From Octopus sinensis (lineage: Eukaryota), in the NCBI RefSeq assembly GCF_006345805.1, contig NW_021836833.1, forward strand, positions 1 through 37,412: a stretch of 37,412 bases of DNA, read 5' to 3'. Below, piece after piece: positions 1-10,508 of the stretch. The stretch's first letter is position 1. Each line of letters begins with the position of its first letter. The notes below the pieces were generated by a model. It ran no database searches and was not told where the DNA came from. It saw only the letters and a list, made by a program, of their open reading frames with translations. A program made the position numbers and the translations under genes.

Positions 1-1
1 T

Positions 2-157
2 GAAGTTGATCATCTTATCTGGCTACCACAGCCCCCAGATCTCAATATTATTGAACATTTATGGTGCATTTTAGGGAAACAAGTAAGGAGTTGATATTCT
101 CCACGATCATCACTACAAGAACTGGAGACCGTTTTAACTGAAGAATGGACAATGCAA
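2..157 (+). pseudogene. Tc1-family transposase C-terminal fragment
   Basis: Frame 2 reads EVDHLIWLPQPPDLNIIEHLWCILGKQVRS*YSPRSSLQELETVLTEEW, matching the Tc1 WPxQSPDLNPIEHLW motif; contains an internal stop. Confidence 0.85.
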
Positions 158-187
158 GCACACAAACACACTTCACACAAACACACA

Positions 188-231
<44 letters not shown>

Positions 232-285
232 ACACACACATACACACATACACACATGCGCGCACACACACACACGCGTATATAT
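158..285. repeat. (CA)n microsatellite
   Basis: Direct reading. Confidence 0.95.
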
Positions 286-443
286 ATGAGGGGCTTCTTT
301 CAGTTTCCGTCTACCAAATCCACGCGCAAGGCTTTGGACTGTCCGAGGCTTTAGTAGAAGACACTTGCCCAAGGTATCACACAGTAGGACTGAACTCGGA
401 ACTATGTGGTTGGGAAGCAAGCTACTTACTACACAGCCACTCC
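286..443 (-). mobile_element. tRNA-derived SINE family B (CORE-like), 5' half
   Basis: Reverse complement matches the head gtggctgtgtagtaag...accttgggcaagtgtcttct of the full copy at 33612-33993. Confidence 0.85.
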
Positions 444-584
444 TCATATCCTGGGGTTAATTTGTTCGACTAAAACCCTTCAAAGTGGTGCCCCAGCATG
501 GCTGCAGTCAAATAGCTGAAGCAAGTAAGCAATAAAAGATAACACACACACACACACACACACATACACACAACAACACACACA

Positions 585-659
<75 letters not shown>

Positions 660-1134
660 CTCTACTGCATGTATGAAGTACTTTTCCTGTTGTTTTGAAT
701 TACAAACGAAACGAAGATATATGCGCGCGAAGATATGTGTGTACGCGTGCGTGTGTGTGTCTGTCTGTCTGTCTGTGTGTATACTCTAACACCCATACAA
801 ACACACATACACTTTAGTGCACGTGCACACACTTCAGAGACAAACTGTACATGAGGTGGAGGAGATGTTTATTTGCTTGAGTCATGAGAATGGATGAACG
901 CGTGATGTAGGCAACATTTCGCCGACGACTTTAAGAGTTGGAAGTGCCTTGTGGGGTCATCTGTCTCCAGCGGTGAGTTAGCAGCTGGAAGTACGCGGTA
1001 CCACTGTGTTGCTTGGCATTAACTCTTTCGCTGTTATATTTCTACTGAAATTCACCACACGGTATTTGTGATTCGATCAATTGTTAAAATAATGAAGAAT
1101 TTAGCGAAACAGCTGTCATTATTAAACTTATGTA

Positions 1135-1380
1135 AGGCGGCGAGCTGGCTGAATCGTTAGCACGCCGAGAAAAATGCTTAGCGGCATTTCGTCCGTCTTT
1201 ACGTTCTGAGTTCAAATTGCGCCGAGGTCGAATTTATTTTTCATCCTTTCTGGGTCGTTTTTTAAGTAACAGTTGAGTACTGGGATCGATGTAATCGAAG
1301 TAACAGTTGAGTACTGGGATCGATGTAATCGACTACACCCCGTCCCCCAAATTTCAGGCCTTGTGCCTATAATAGAAAGG
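1135..1380 (+). mobile_element. tRNA-derived SINE family A (Meta-domain-like)
   Basis: Head ggcggcgagctggc, B-box gagttcaaattgc, tcatcctttc..gggtcg body, internal 34-bp tandem duplication (1264-1331), ends in (ATT)n. Confidence 0.85.
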
Positions 1381-1426
<46 letters not shown>

Positions 1427-1438
1427 TCATCATCATCA

Positions 1439-1487
<49 letters not shown>

Positions 1488-1503
1488 CATCATTATTATT
1501 ATT

Positions 1504-1542
<39 letters not shown>
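1381..1542. repeat. (ATT)n/(ATC)n/(GTT)n compound microsatellite
   Basis: Direct reading. Confidence 0.95.
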
Positions 1543-2985
1543 CTGAGAGATTCTCGGATAGTTCTTAATTTCCGATTGTTCTTTACTTGAAAGCAGGCAA
1601 TAACAAACCACCAAAGGTTTCAAGTATTGTCTCAAAGAGACAATACTCTCCTTAGAATGTGAGCTGTACCTAACAATGCTGTCTTCTGGATCACTTCGAG
1701 TTTGACAGAAGCCCCAATATTTTTAATATTTTTCAAAGCTCTTGGAAACTGCCCCATAACTTTCCTATCTCGTCCCGCAGTGGCTGGTATTTCTCACTCT
1801 TTTCTGTTTCCTTACATTTCACCCTCGAATCGCTTGGTATTGCAAAATCTATAATCTTTGCTTCTTTTTCATCTTTATGGATGATCACGATAGCCGGATT
1901 TCTCGCCTCTATGACTTGGTCACACTTTTTGTTAAAATCATAGAGTATTTTGTAATTTTCGTTTTCCATTACTCCCTCTGGCTTGTGTTCATACCATTGT
2001 TCGGCTCTCTCGAGGTTTGCTTTACTGCACAACGACCACTGGGCATATCTGGCCACATTGTCATGTCTCCTTTTGTATTCGCGTTGTGCGAGCTTACAGC
2101 ACTCAATAACAATATGGCTTATACTTTCTCCCTTCTCAGAGCACATCCTACACCGTGGCGAGTCAGTGCTTTTATCAATGTGATGTTTGGAGTAGTTTGT
2201 TTCTAAGAGCTTGTTCTTGAACGCTGCACACGAATGCCTTCGTGGGCCCTTTTAAGTCTCCTTTCTGCAGCCATTTCCAGGTTCTATTCCAACCAATCTC
2301 ATCTTTATTCTTCAAGAACTGACTGTGAATTTTCTTGTCCTGCCAAATTTTCTTCATATGCTCCGTCTGGTCTTTCTTAAATCGTGTTGGGTCTACGGAT
2401 TCGTTCACTTTTAAGGTTCCCTGCATTTTCACAGCTTCAATCATTTCTTTACTCTCCTAGACACACCAGGCCAGGCCAGGCCAGGCTATTCTCCTCTTCT
2501 CTTGCACAACCGTCATAATACACCAATCCTCATCCTCCTTCTTTCCTATTTACATACAATCTTGCCACATCACTCTTGGGGTATAGTTCCTTGTTCATTG
2601 TCATTAATTTACGTCTTCTCCGTTCTATCTCTTGTAATTCATTCGTCTTCCAAGATACTATTCCTGCCCCATATCACATCAAAGCAAACGCCCACGTATT
2701 AATTGCTCTAACCTTAAAGCGGCCATTTAGCTTCGACTGGAGCACAAGCTGAGTTCTCCTCAAATACTCTTTCCTGTACACTTCTTTCATCTTGTGTTCA
2801 TTCACCTGATCTCTTTCAATGATACCCAGGTACTTATATCCTTCCTCTCCTATTTCCTTTATAGTCTCACCACTTTCCAGCTTGCTCCCATGGCTTTTAC
2901 TCATCCCCCCCCCATCCTTTTGAGAATCATTACACCACATTTCTCGACCCAAATATCTTTGCTAATCATCTGCGCAGTTGCACAG
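1543..2985 (-). mobile_element. R4/Dong-clade non-LTR retrotransposon, 5'-truncated and degenerate
   Basis: Frameshifted ORF pieces: YKYLGI (RT), Zn knuckle followed by RHDNV, RLE-type IIDFAIP..EKYQPL, C-terminal IQKTALLGTAHILRR. Confidence 0.9.
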
Positions 2986-3361
2986 TTACAATACACAAAA
3001 TATTTTAACAATTTTCAAATACAATTTCAAATAATATTTAATTATTAAAATATAATAGGATTTTTTAAAGTATGGAATGGTTGTGAGGGTCCACCTGAGT
3101 GAAACAGAAATTAAGGGTGCCCATATGCAAAAGGGGTTGAAAACCAGTTTTAAACTAAGTGAATCGTGCAATTATGAAGAGTAAATTATGTGAGAGAGAA
3201 TAAAGATATCAGAACGAAATTCTCTCAGTTCAAATCCTGCGGTCTTAAAAGAAGGACAGATGCATTGGACATTGAAGTGTTAGACACAAAATATGATATG
3301 GTCACGGCTGGAACATCTTTGTTGATAGTTCTGTTTGATTAAAGTATACGCGTAGAGGAGT

Positions 3362-3699
3362 GAAGGCGCATGGCTCAGTGGTTAGAGCGTCGAGCTTACG
3401 ATCGTGAGTTTGTGAGTTCGATTCCCGGACCAGGCTGCATGTTGTGTTCTCGTGCAAGACACTTTATTTCACGTTGCTCCAGCTCACTCAGCTGTAGAAA
3501 TGAGTTGTGACGTCACTGGTGCCAAGCTATATTGGCCCCTTTGCCTTTCCCTTGGACAACATCGGTGATGTGGAGATGGGAGGCTGGTATGCATGGGCGA
3601 CTGCTGGCCTTCCATAAACAACCTTGCCTAGACTTGTGCCTAGGAGGGTAACTTCCTAGGTGCAATCCCATGGTCTGTGTCATTACCGAAGGGGGTCTC
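3362..3699 (+). mobile_element. tRNA-derived SINE, family C head with a distinct tail
   Basis: A-box tggctcagtgg, B-box gttcgattccc, gcaagacacttt...ttgctccag..cactcagctg body. Confidence 0.85.
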
Positions 3700-3847
3700 C
3701 CTGTGGAAAAACAGCAACAATAACATCAACAACAGTATAGCATAGTTTATGAGCGGAAACCTTCGTCATGCCAGGTTCATTGTGCAGAATATTCTCAACT
3801 CTCTCACCAGATAAGCTAATAGCGTTGGCTATTAAATTTATAGTCAA

Positions 3848-4525
3848 AAGGCGGCGAGCTGGCAGAAGCGTTAGCACGCCGGGTGAAATGCGTAGCCATT
3901 TTTCGTCTGCCGTTACATTCTGAGTTCAAATTCCGCCGAGGTCGACTTTGCCTTTCATCCTTTCGGGGTCGATAAATTAAGGACCAGTTACGCACTGGAG
4001 TCGATATAATCGACTTAATCCGTGTGTCTGTCCTTCTTTGTCCTCTCTGTGTTTAACCCCTTGTGGGTAGTAAAGAAATAGGTATTTCGTCCGCCGCTGC
4101 GTTCTGAGTTCAAATTCCACCGAAGTCGACTTTGCCTTTCATCCTTTCGGAACCGATAAAGTAAGTACCAGTTACGCACTGGGGTCGATGTAATCGACTT
4201 AATCGGCTTGTCTGTCCTTGTTTGTCCCTTCTATGTTTAGCCCCTTGTGGATAGTAAAGAAAAATATATATATTAGATTTATTTATAGTCAAAAGGTGGC
4301 GAGCTGGTGGAAACGTTAGCACGCCGGGCGAAATGCTTAGCAGTATTTCGTTTGTCGCTACGTTCTGAGTTCAAATTCCGCCGAGGTCGACTTTGCTTTT
4401 CATCCTTTCGGAGTCGATTAAATAAGTACCAGTTACGCACCGGGGTCGATCTAACCGACTTAATCCGTTTGTCTGTCCTTGTTTGTCTCCCCTGTGTTTA
4501 GCCCCTTGTGGGTAGTAAAGAAATG
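3848..4525 (+). mobile_element. Tandem SINE family A copies (3848-4262 partial dimer; 4293-4525 monomer)
   Basis: Heads at 3848 and 4293, gcctttcatcctttcggggtcgat domain, atttatagtcaa repeated three times at the borders. Confidence 0.9.
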
Positions 4526-4670
4526 TATTAGATTTATAGTCAATCATGATTAAAGTTTTCCTCGGTGGTGGCAGTTGCAAGACCTTAGATCATCCCCCTT
4601 CCCCTCCTAAATTCTGCTGACCTCTTTTGAACCGTTGAAAAAGCTGGAGCATTATTCCCTTTTGTAGCAA

Positions 4671-4784
4671 ACCCCTCCCCCAGCTAATCTTCCCATGCTG
4701 TGAGTTCATTTCACCACGTTTCCATTGATTTTTGTATTAACTTCAGGATATTGTGTGAGACCTTGAGCATTTTAAGGCATTCAA
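4671..4784 (-). mobile_element. Internal RT fragment of an R4/Dong-like LINE
   Basis: Reads ECLKMLKVSHNILKLIQKSMETW*NELT, resembling the segment after AFDSIPH in the 13560-15594 element; flanked by tttgtagcaa direct repeats. Confidence 0.6.
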
Positions 4785-4976
4785 TTTGTAGCAACCATGT
4801 CAGCCTGAATGTCCTGGGAGGTTAAACCTTTTTTTTTTTTGCAGGGACCTAATAACGCCACGATGCCAAATTATATCTATTTTCAAGAAGTCGCCACTAG
4901 TTACTTTTCTAGTCTTCTTGGAGCAGTCATATGATAGTTTACCGGGAAAGAAATAATGCAGCTATTAATAGGAGGG

Positions 4977-5277
4977 TGGAGGCGCGTGGGTTAGTGGTTA
5001 GGATGTCAGCACCATGATCGTAAGATTGTGGTTTCGATTCCTGGACCGGGCGACGCGTTGTGTTCTCGAGCAAAACACTTCATTTCACGTTGCTCCAGTC
5101 CACTCAGCTGGCAAAAATAAGTAACGCTGCGATGGACTGGCGTTCTATCCAGCTGGGGAACACATACGCCATAGAAACCGGGAAACCGGGCCCATGAGCC
5201 TGGCTAGGCTTTAAAAGGGCGCATTTATTGTTAGTGGAGGCGCGTGGCTTAGTGGTTAGGGTGTCAGCATCATTTAT
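4977..5277 (+). mobile_element. SINE family C plus a partial second head
   Basis: ggaggcgcgtgg.ttagtggttagg head, gcgatggactggcg V-domain-like motif, TSD tattaatagga at 4963 and 5278. Confidence 0.9.
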
Positions 5278-5877
5278 TATTAATAGGAAGGGCTGAAATT
5301 AATACGTGTAAGATTTCACCATTTCTTCATAGTCAGCCTACGAAGCTTTCCGCCCACCGTCGTATATCAAGACGCATCAAATTTTGAAATTGTATTGTTT
5401 TATTGTCTTGTACATACGCAATTCTGGTCTTGCCTGTTTGTTTTCATTTGATTTGGTTGCGACTCGATAAAATCGTGAAATCTGTTCCTTGTCATATAAC
5501 GCTTATACAATGATGACATTTTATCCAATTTGCTCTTTCAAGCTTCTATTTATAGACTAAGCGAAGTAATACGAACAAATAAGTCAACTGCTTGACCTTT
5601 CGGTGATCTGTTAAATAGAGGTATTCATTTATAGCGAATACATGTATACATTTGAAACAAAGCGGACCATGCTAATGGATTCGCCGTTTCCATACGAGGT
5701 TAACATAAAATTACTATAATTTAATAGCTAAACTTAAGGCAAATGCGATAGACAGAATCGTGCAGAATCGGACAAAATTCTTTGCATCATTTATTTTCTT
5801 AGTTCTCAGTTGAATCACTGCTGTCCATTTCGCCTTTCATCCTTCAACGTTCAATAAAGTAACTGCGGAAAGAGAGG

Positions 5878-6036
5878 CGCAGGCGTGGCTGTCTAGAAAG
5901 AAACTTGCTTCCCCAGCCACAAGGTTCCGGGTTCAGTCTCTCTGCGTGGCACCTTGGGCAAGTGTCTCCTACTATAGCCTCGGACCGACGGAAGATTTGT
6001 GGGTAGATTAGGTAGACGGAAACTGAAAGAAGCACG

Positions 6037-6037
<1 letters not shown>
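5878..6037 (+). mobile_element. SINE family B, 5' half
   Basis: aggcgtggctgt...gcaccttgggcaagtgtc...gaaactgaaagaagc. Confidence 0.85.
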
Positions 6038-6068
<31 letters not shown>

Positions 6069-6071
<3 letters not shown>

Positions 6072-6187
6072 CTGCTCGCTTAGCCAGCGGGGTGGCGTCA
6101 TTTGAAGGCTAAAACAATGCGAAGCGCATTGTGACCAGCGATGTGTAACATCATCTGATAGCCTGGTCGGTCACGGTGATCACGGTA
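6069..6187 (+). mobile_element. SINE family D tail fragment
   Basis: Matches the reverse complement of 26648-26760. Confidence 0.8.
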
Positions 6188-6427
6188 ATATATATATATA
6201 TATATATATAAATATTGCATTTCTAAATATCTCAGAGAGATATAAGCAGTAGTGGTACGATAGAGTAGTTGTATACTGTCAACTTAATGTGACAGTCCCA
6301 TGAAGGGAATCACACCACTGCTATTTAGCCCTAGGAAGCATCAACGTTTCCTGTCGGCCTTGACACATTTCCTGTGTCCCTATGTTTACAAGGGGGAGAC
6401 AAGCACCCCCACCCAGCTAAGCCTGCA

Positions 6428-6469
6428 TCCAGAGACTAGTTTCTGAGTCTTGCTCGTCGTCAGTCTGGA
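6428..6469 (-). ncRNA. Minimal type I hammerhead ribozyme
   Basis: UCCAGA-CUGACGA-c-GAG-caaga-CUC-a-GAAA-CUAG-UC-UCUGGA: 6-bp stem I, intact core, palindromic stem III ACUAGU, GUC site. Confidence 0.75.
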
Positions 6470-6568
6470 GTAGCATGGCCTGCAGCTGAAGATACCTGTC
6501 TAGGCTTTATAAGCGTATAAGAAGTCTATTGAAATAAATCCACTGATTACAAAAATGATATATATATA

Positions 6569-6700
6569 ATTCAAATTTATAGAAAAACAAAGATGAACAC
6601 AGGTGTAGGAACAACAAGCAGGTGTATTAGTTTAACGCTGAGGAAGAATGAAAAAGTTTTTTCACGTTTCGAGCCTACGCTCTCCGACAGAAAGGATTAC
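6569..6700 (-). mobile_element. Penelope-like pLTR end with a decayed hammerhead
   Basis: cugucgga-GAGC-guag-GCUC-GAAACGU at 6657-6695; element ends at a (TA)n tract. Confidence 0.55.
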
Positions 6701-7167
6701 GAGGGTGGGGAAAGGGAGAGATAATGAGAAAAAAAAGGAAAGAGAAAAGAAATGTGTATGGATTAACGGTTCAACATGATGAAATGACCAGAAGAAAGAG
6801 GCTGAATGAAAGGGAGATAATAATAATATATGCATGCATGCATGTATGTATGCATGTATGTTTGTATGTATGTGTCCTTGTGCTTGTACACACTGCCGAT
6901 TCACAGCCAGTGTTGCTGTGGTTGGCCTGTTTACTTCCCCGTGACTTAGGGGCTCGGCAAAAGAGGCCGATAGAATAAGTACCAAGCTTTCAAAAAAAAA
7001 AAAAACCAACAAATCCAAATACAGGGGTCGACTCGTTCGACTAAAATTCTTCAAGGTGGTGTTCCAGAATGGCCTCAATCTAATGACAAGGCGTAAGTAT
7101 TAAAACAATAATACTTCAAATTATATCGTGTATATTTCTATAACATGTGAATGACAATATATATATA

Positions 7168-7207
<40 letters not shown>

Positions 7208-7234
7208 GATATATGTATATATACACACACACGA

Positions 7235-7391
7235 CACGACTGAAGGGTTCTTTCAGTTTCTGTCTACCAAATCCACTCACAATCCTTTGGTCGTCCCGAG
7301 GCTATATTACCAGAAACTTGCCCAGGTGCCACGCAGAGGAACTGAACCCGGAACCATGTGGTTGGGAAGCAAGCTTCTTACTACGACTGCA

Positions 7392-7394
<3 letters not shown>
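7235..7394 (-). mobile_element. SINE family B, 5' half
   Basis: Same consensus as the other B copies. Confidence 0.85.
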
Positions 7395-7430
<36 letters not shown>

Positions 7431-7432
<2 letters not shown>

Positions 7433-7681
7433 TCTTTTACTCTTTTACTTGTTTCAGTCATTTGACTGCGGCCATGGTGGAGCACCGCCTTTAATCGAGC
7501 ATCTCGACCCCAGGACTTATTCTTTTGTAAGTCCAGTACTTATTCTATCGGTCTCTTTTGCCGAACCGCTAAGTAACGGGGACATAAACACACCAGCATC
7601 GGTTGTCAAGCAATGCTAGGGGGACAAACACAGACACACGAACACACAGACACACACACACACACACCACACACACACACA

Positions 7682-7750
<69 letters not shown>

Positions 7751-7901
7751 TACGACGGACTTCTTTCAGTTTCCGCCTACCAAATCCACTCACAAGGCTT
7801 TTAGGTCGGCCCGAGGCTATAGTAGAAGACACTTGGCCAAGGTGCCACGCAGTGGGACTGAACCCGGAACCATGTGGTTGGTAAACAAGCTACTTACCAC
7901 A
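7431..7901 (-). mobile_element. SINE family B, near full length with an internal (TA)n(TG)n expansion
   Basis: Head to the gactgaaacaagtaaaagagtaaaagag tail on the minus strand. Confidence 0.9.
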
Positions 7902-8369
7902 CAATGGATATGTATGTATGTATGTATATATATATATATATAATACATACATACATACATACATACATACATACATAAGAAGAAGTAAGTAGGTGTAAGA
8001 CAACTCCAGTCTCTAACAATGGATCCTGTGTTTTGACAGTATTTTCCTTATTTATATCTAAACTCCTTTCTGTGTTTTTGTCATTGCTATCATTTTTCAA
8101 AATATATATTTAGTAATAAACGGAACATTCCATAAAGACGACTGCGCCGTTTAGTATCATCTGATTGTCCTGGAATATCCGGCTTTGCCTATTTATTTAT
8201 TTGTTTGTTTATTTGTTTATTTGTTTTTGTCTCTTTGTTTGTTTGTTTGTTTGTTTACATCTGATTGCACCAGAAACGTCACCATACACACACGGTGCGC
8301 AAGCGCGCGAACGTGCCTACGCGGAAATATAACAATTACGCATATACGCTGTGTATGTATGCTTTTAAC

Positions 8370-9070
8370 AGTGTGTGTGTGTGTGTGTGTGGTGTGTGTG
8401 TGTTTTATATGTTTTAGAGAGAGACTCTGTGTGTGTGTTTATGTGTAGTTGAAGAGTGTGTGTGTGTGTGTGAGTGTGGATTTTTATGTTTCTTAGAGAC
8501 TCTGTGTGTGTGTGTTTATGTGTAGTTTAAGAGTGTGTGTGTGTGTGGTGTGTGTGTGTGTGGATTTTTATGTGTCTTAGAGACTCTGTGTGTGTGTTTA
8601 TGTGTAGTTTAAGAGAGTGTGTGTGTGTGTGTGTGTGTGGATTTTTATGTGTCTTAGAGACTCTGTGTGTGTGTTTATGTGTAGTTTAAGAGAGTGTGTG
8701 TGTGTGTGTGTGTGGATTTTTTATGCGTCTTAGAGACTGTGTGTGTGTATATGTGTAGTTTAAGAGTGTGTGTGTATGTGTTTGGGTGTGGGAGTGTATG
8801 TATGTGCATGTGGATTTTTATGTGTCTGAGAGACTATATATGTGTGCGCGTGTATGTGTGTGTGTGTATTTTTATGTCTTAGAGACTCTGTGTGTGTGTT
8901 TATGTGTAGTTTAAGAGTGTGTGTGTGTGTGTGTGTTTGTGTGTGGGTGTGTATGTATGTGCGTGTGGATTTTTATGTGTCTGAGAGACTATATATGTGT
9001 GCGCGTATGTGTGAGTGTGTATGTGTGAGTGTGTGTGTGTGTGCGTGTATGTGCGTGTGCGCGCGTGCGC
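8370..9070. repeat. ~60-65-bp minisatellite built on (TG)n
   Basis: Recurrent unit ggatttttatgtgtcttagagactctgtgtgtgtgtttatgtgtagtttaagag(tg)n. Confidence 0.9.
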
Positions 9071-9134
9071 GCGTAAATTGAAAAATCGTCCAATGGCAAT
9101 TGTTTATGAAGTGTAAAAAAAATTAAGACACATA

Positions 9135-9620
9135 ATGACGACGATGACGAAGATGATCAACATCATGGTGATGCTGATGGTGGTGATGATGATGATCGTG
9201 GTCATCATGATGGTAATGATGATGATGGTCATGTTGATGATGATGATGACGCCGATGATGTTACAGCCACCACTTCCACCTCTACCACCACCACTACTAA
9301 TACTGCGAATATTACTACTACTACTACAACTAATAATAATAATAATAATAATAATAAAATAATAAAATAGTAATAAAAATAAAATAAAATAAATAGTAGT
9401 AGTAGTAGTAGTAGTAGTAGTACTAGTAGTAGGTGTATTAGTAGTAGTAGTAGTTGTTGTTGTTGTTGTAGTAGTAGTAGTAGAAGTAGTAGTAGTAGTA
9501 GTAGTACTTGTAGTAGTAGTAGTAGTAATAGTAGTAGTAGTAGTAGTAGTAGTAGTAAAATAATAAAATGATAAAAATAAAATAAATAGTAGTAGTAGTA
9601 GTAGTAGTAGTAGAAGAAGA

Positions 9621-9666
<46 letters not shown>

Positions 9667-9671
9667 CTTGT

Positions 9672-9722
<51 letters not shown>

Positions 9723-9741
9723 AAATAATAAAATAATAAAA

Positions 9742-9776
<35 letters not shown>
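9135..9776. repeat. Compound trinucleotide microsatellite (ATG/CCA/CTA/TAA/TAG)
   Basis: Direct reading. Confidence 0.95.
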
Positions 9777-10006
9777 GATATGTGCATTTCGTTGTTGTTG
9801 TCGTTATTTTCTAATTTAAGAAATTTCAACACTTGAAAGAGTATTACCGAGTCACCTTCTGGAATGGTTCTTGGAAGAAGCAATCTCAGACAATGGAAAT
9901 CACTTCATAACCCGTTTATCTGTTCCATTGCTGTCATTGTTGTTGTCCTTAATGCTGTTGTTGTTGCTGCTGCTTCCGTTGTCTGTATATATAAATATAT
10001 ATAATA

Positions 10007-10508
10007 ATGTATGTATGTATGTATGTATGTATGTATGTATGTATGTATGTATGTATGTATGTATGTATGTATGTATGTAGGTATGTATGTACGTACGTAC
10101 GTATGTATGTATGTATGTATGTATGTATGTATATATGTGTGTATGTATGTATGTATGTGTGTATGTATGTATGTATGTATGTATGTGTGTATGTATGTAT
10201 GTATGTATGTATGTATGTATGTATGTATGTATGTATGCATGTATGTATGTATGTATGTATGTATGTATGTATGTATGTATGTATATATGTATGTATGTAA
10301 GTATGTATGTATGCATGCATGTATGTATGTATGTATGTACGTATGTATGTATGTATGTATGTAGTATGTATGTATATATGTGTGTATGTATGTATGTATG
10401 TATGTGTGTATGTATGTATGTATGTATGTATGTATGTATGCATGTATGTATGTATGCATGTATGTATGTATGTATGTATGTATGTATGTATGTATGTATG
10501 TATGTATG
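10007..10508. repeat. (TATG)n microsatellite, ~500 bp
   Basis: Direct reading. Confidence 0.97.

Larger units (their letters stand above)
3745..5364 (-). mobile_element. Mariner DNA transposon 5' half, split by nested insertions
   Basis: TA followed by a cgacggtgggcggaaagctt TIR-like end at 5364; spliced-out translation gives IWHRGVIRSLQKK..DIQADMVAT, NNAPAFSTVQKRSAEFRRG, ATATTEEN and TINLIANAISLSGERVENILHNEPGMTKVSA (mariner HTH region). Confidence 0.8.

Noticed and set aside
838-978. Possible exon ending at GCG|gtgagt with an in-frame TGA
   Set aside because: No recognisable protein, no SECIS seen and no partner exon
3362-3430. tRNA-like sequences here and at other SINE heads
   Set aside because: A/B boxes run straight into SINE bodies without a full cloverleaf
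8370-9070. CRISPR-like repeat-spacer periodicity
   Set aside because: Spacers are (TG)n, the context is eukaryotic and there are no cas genes
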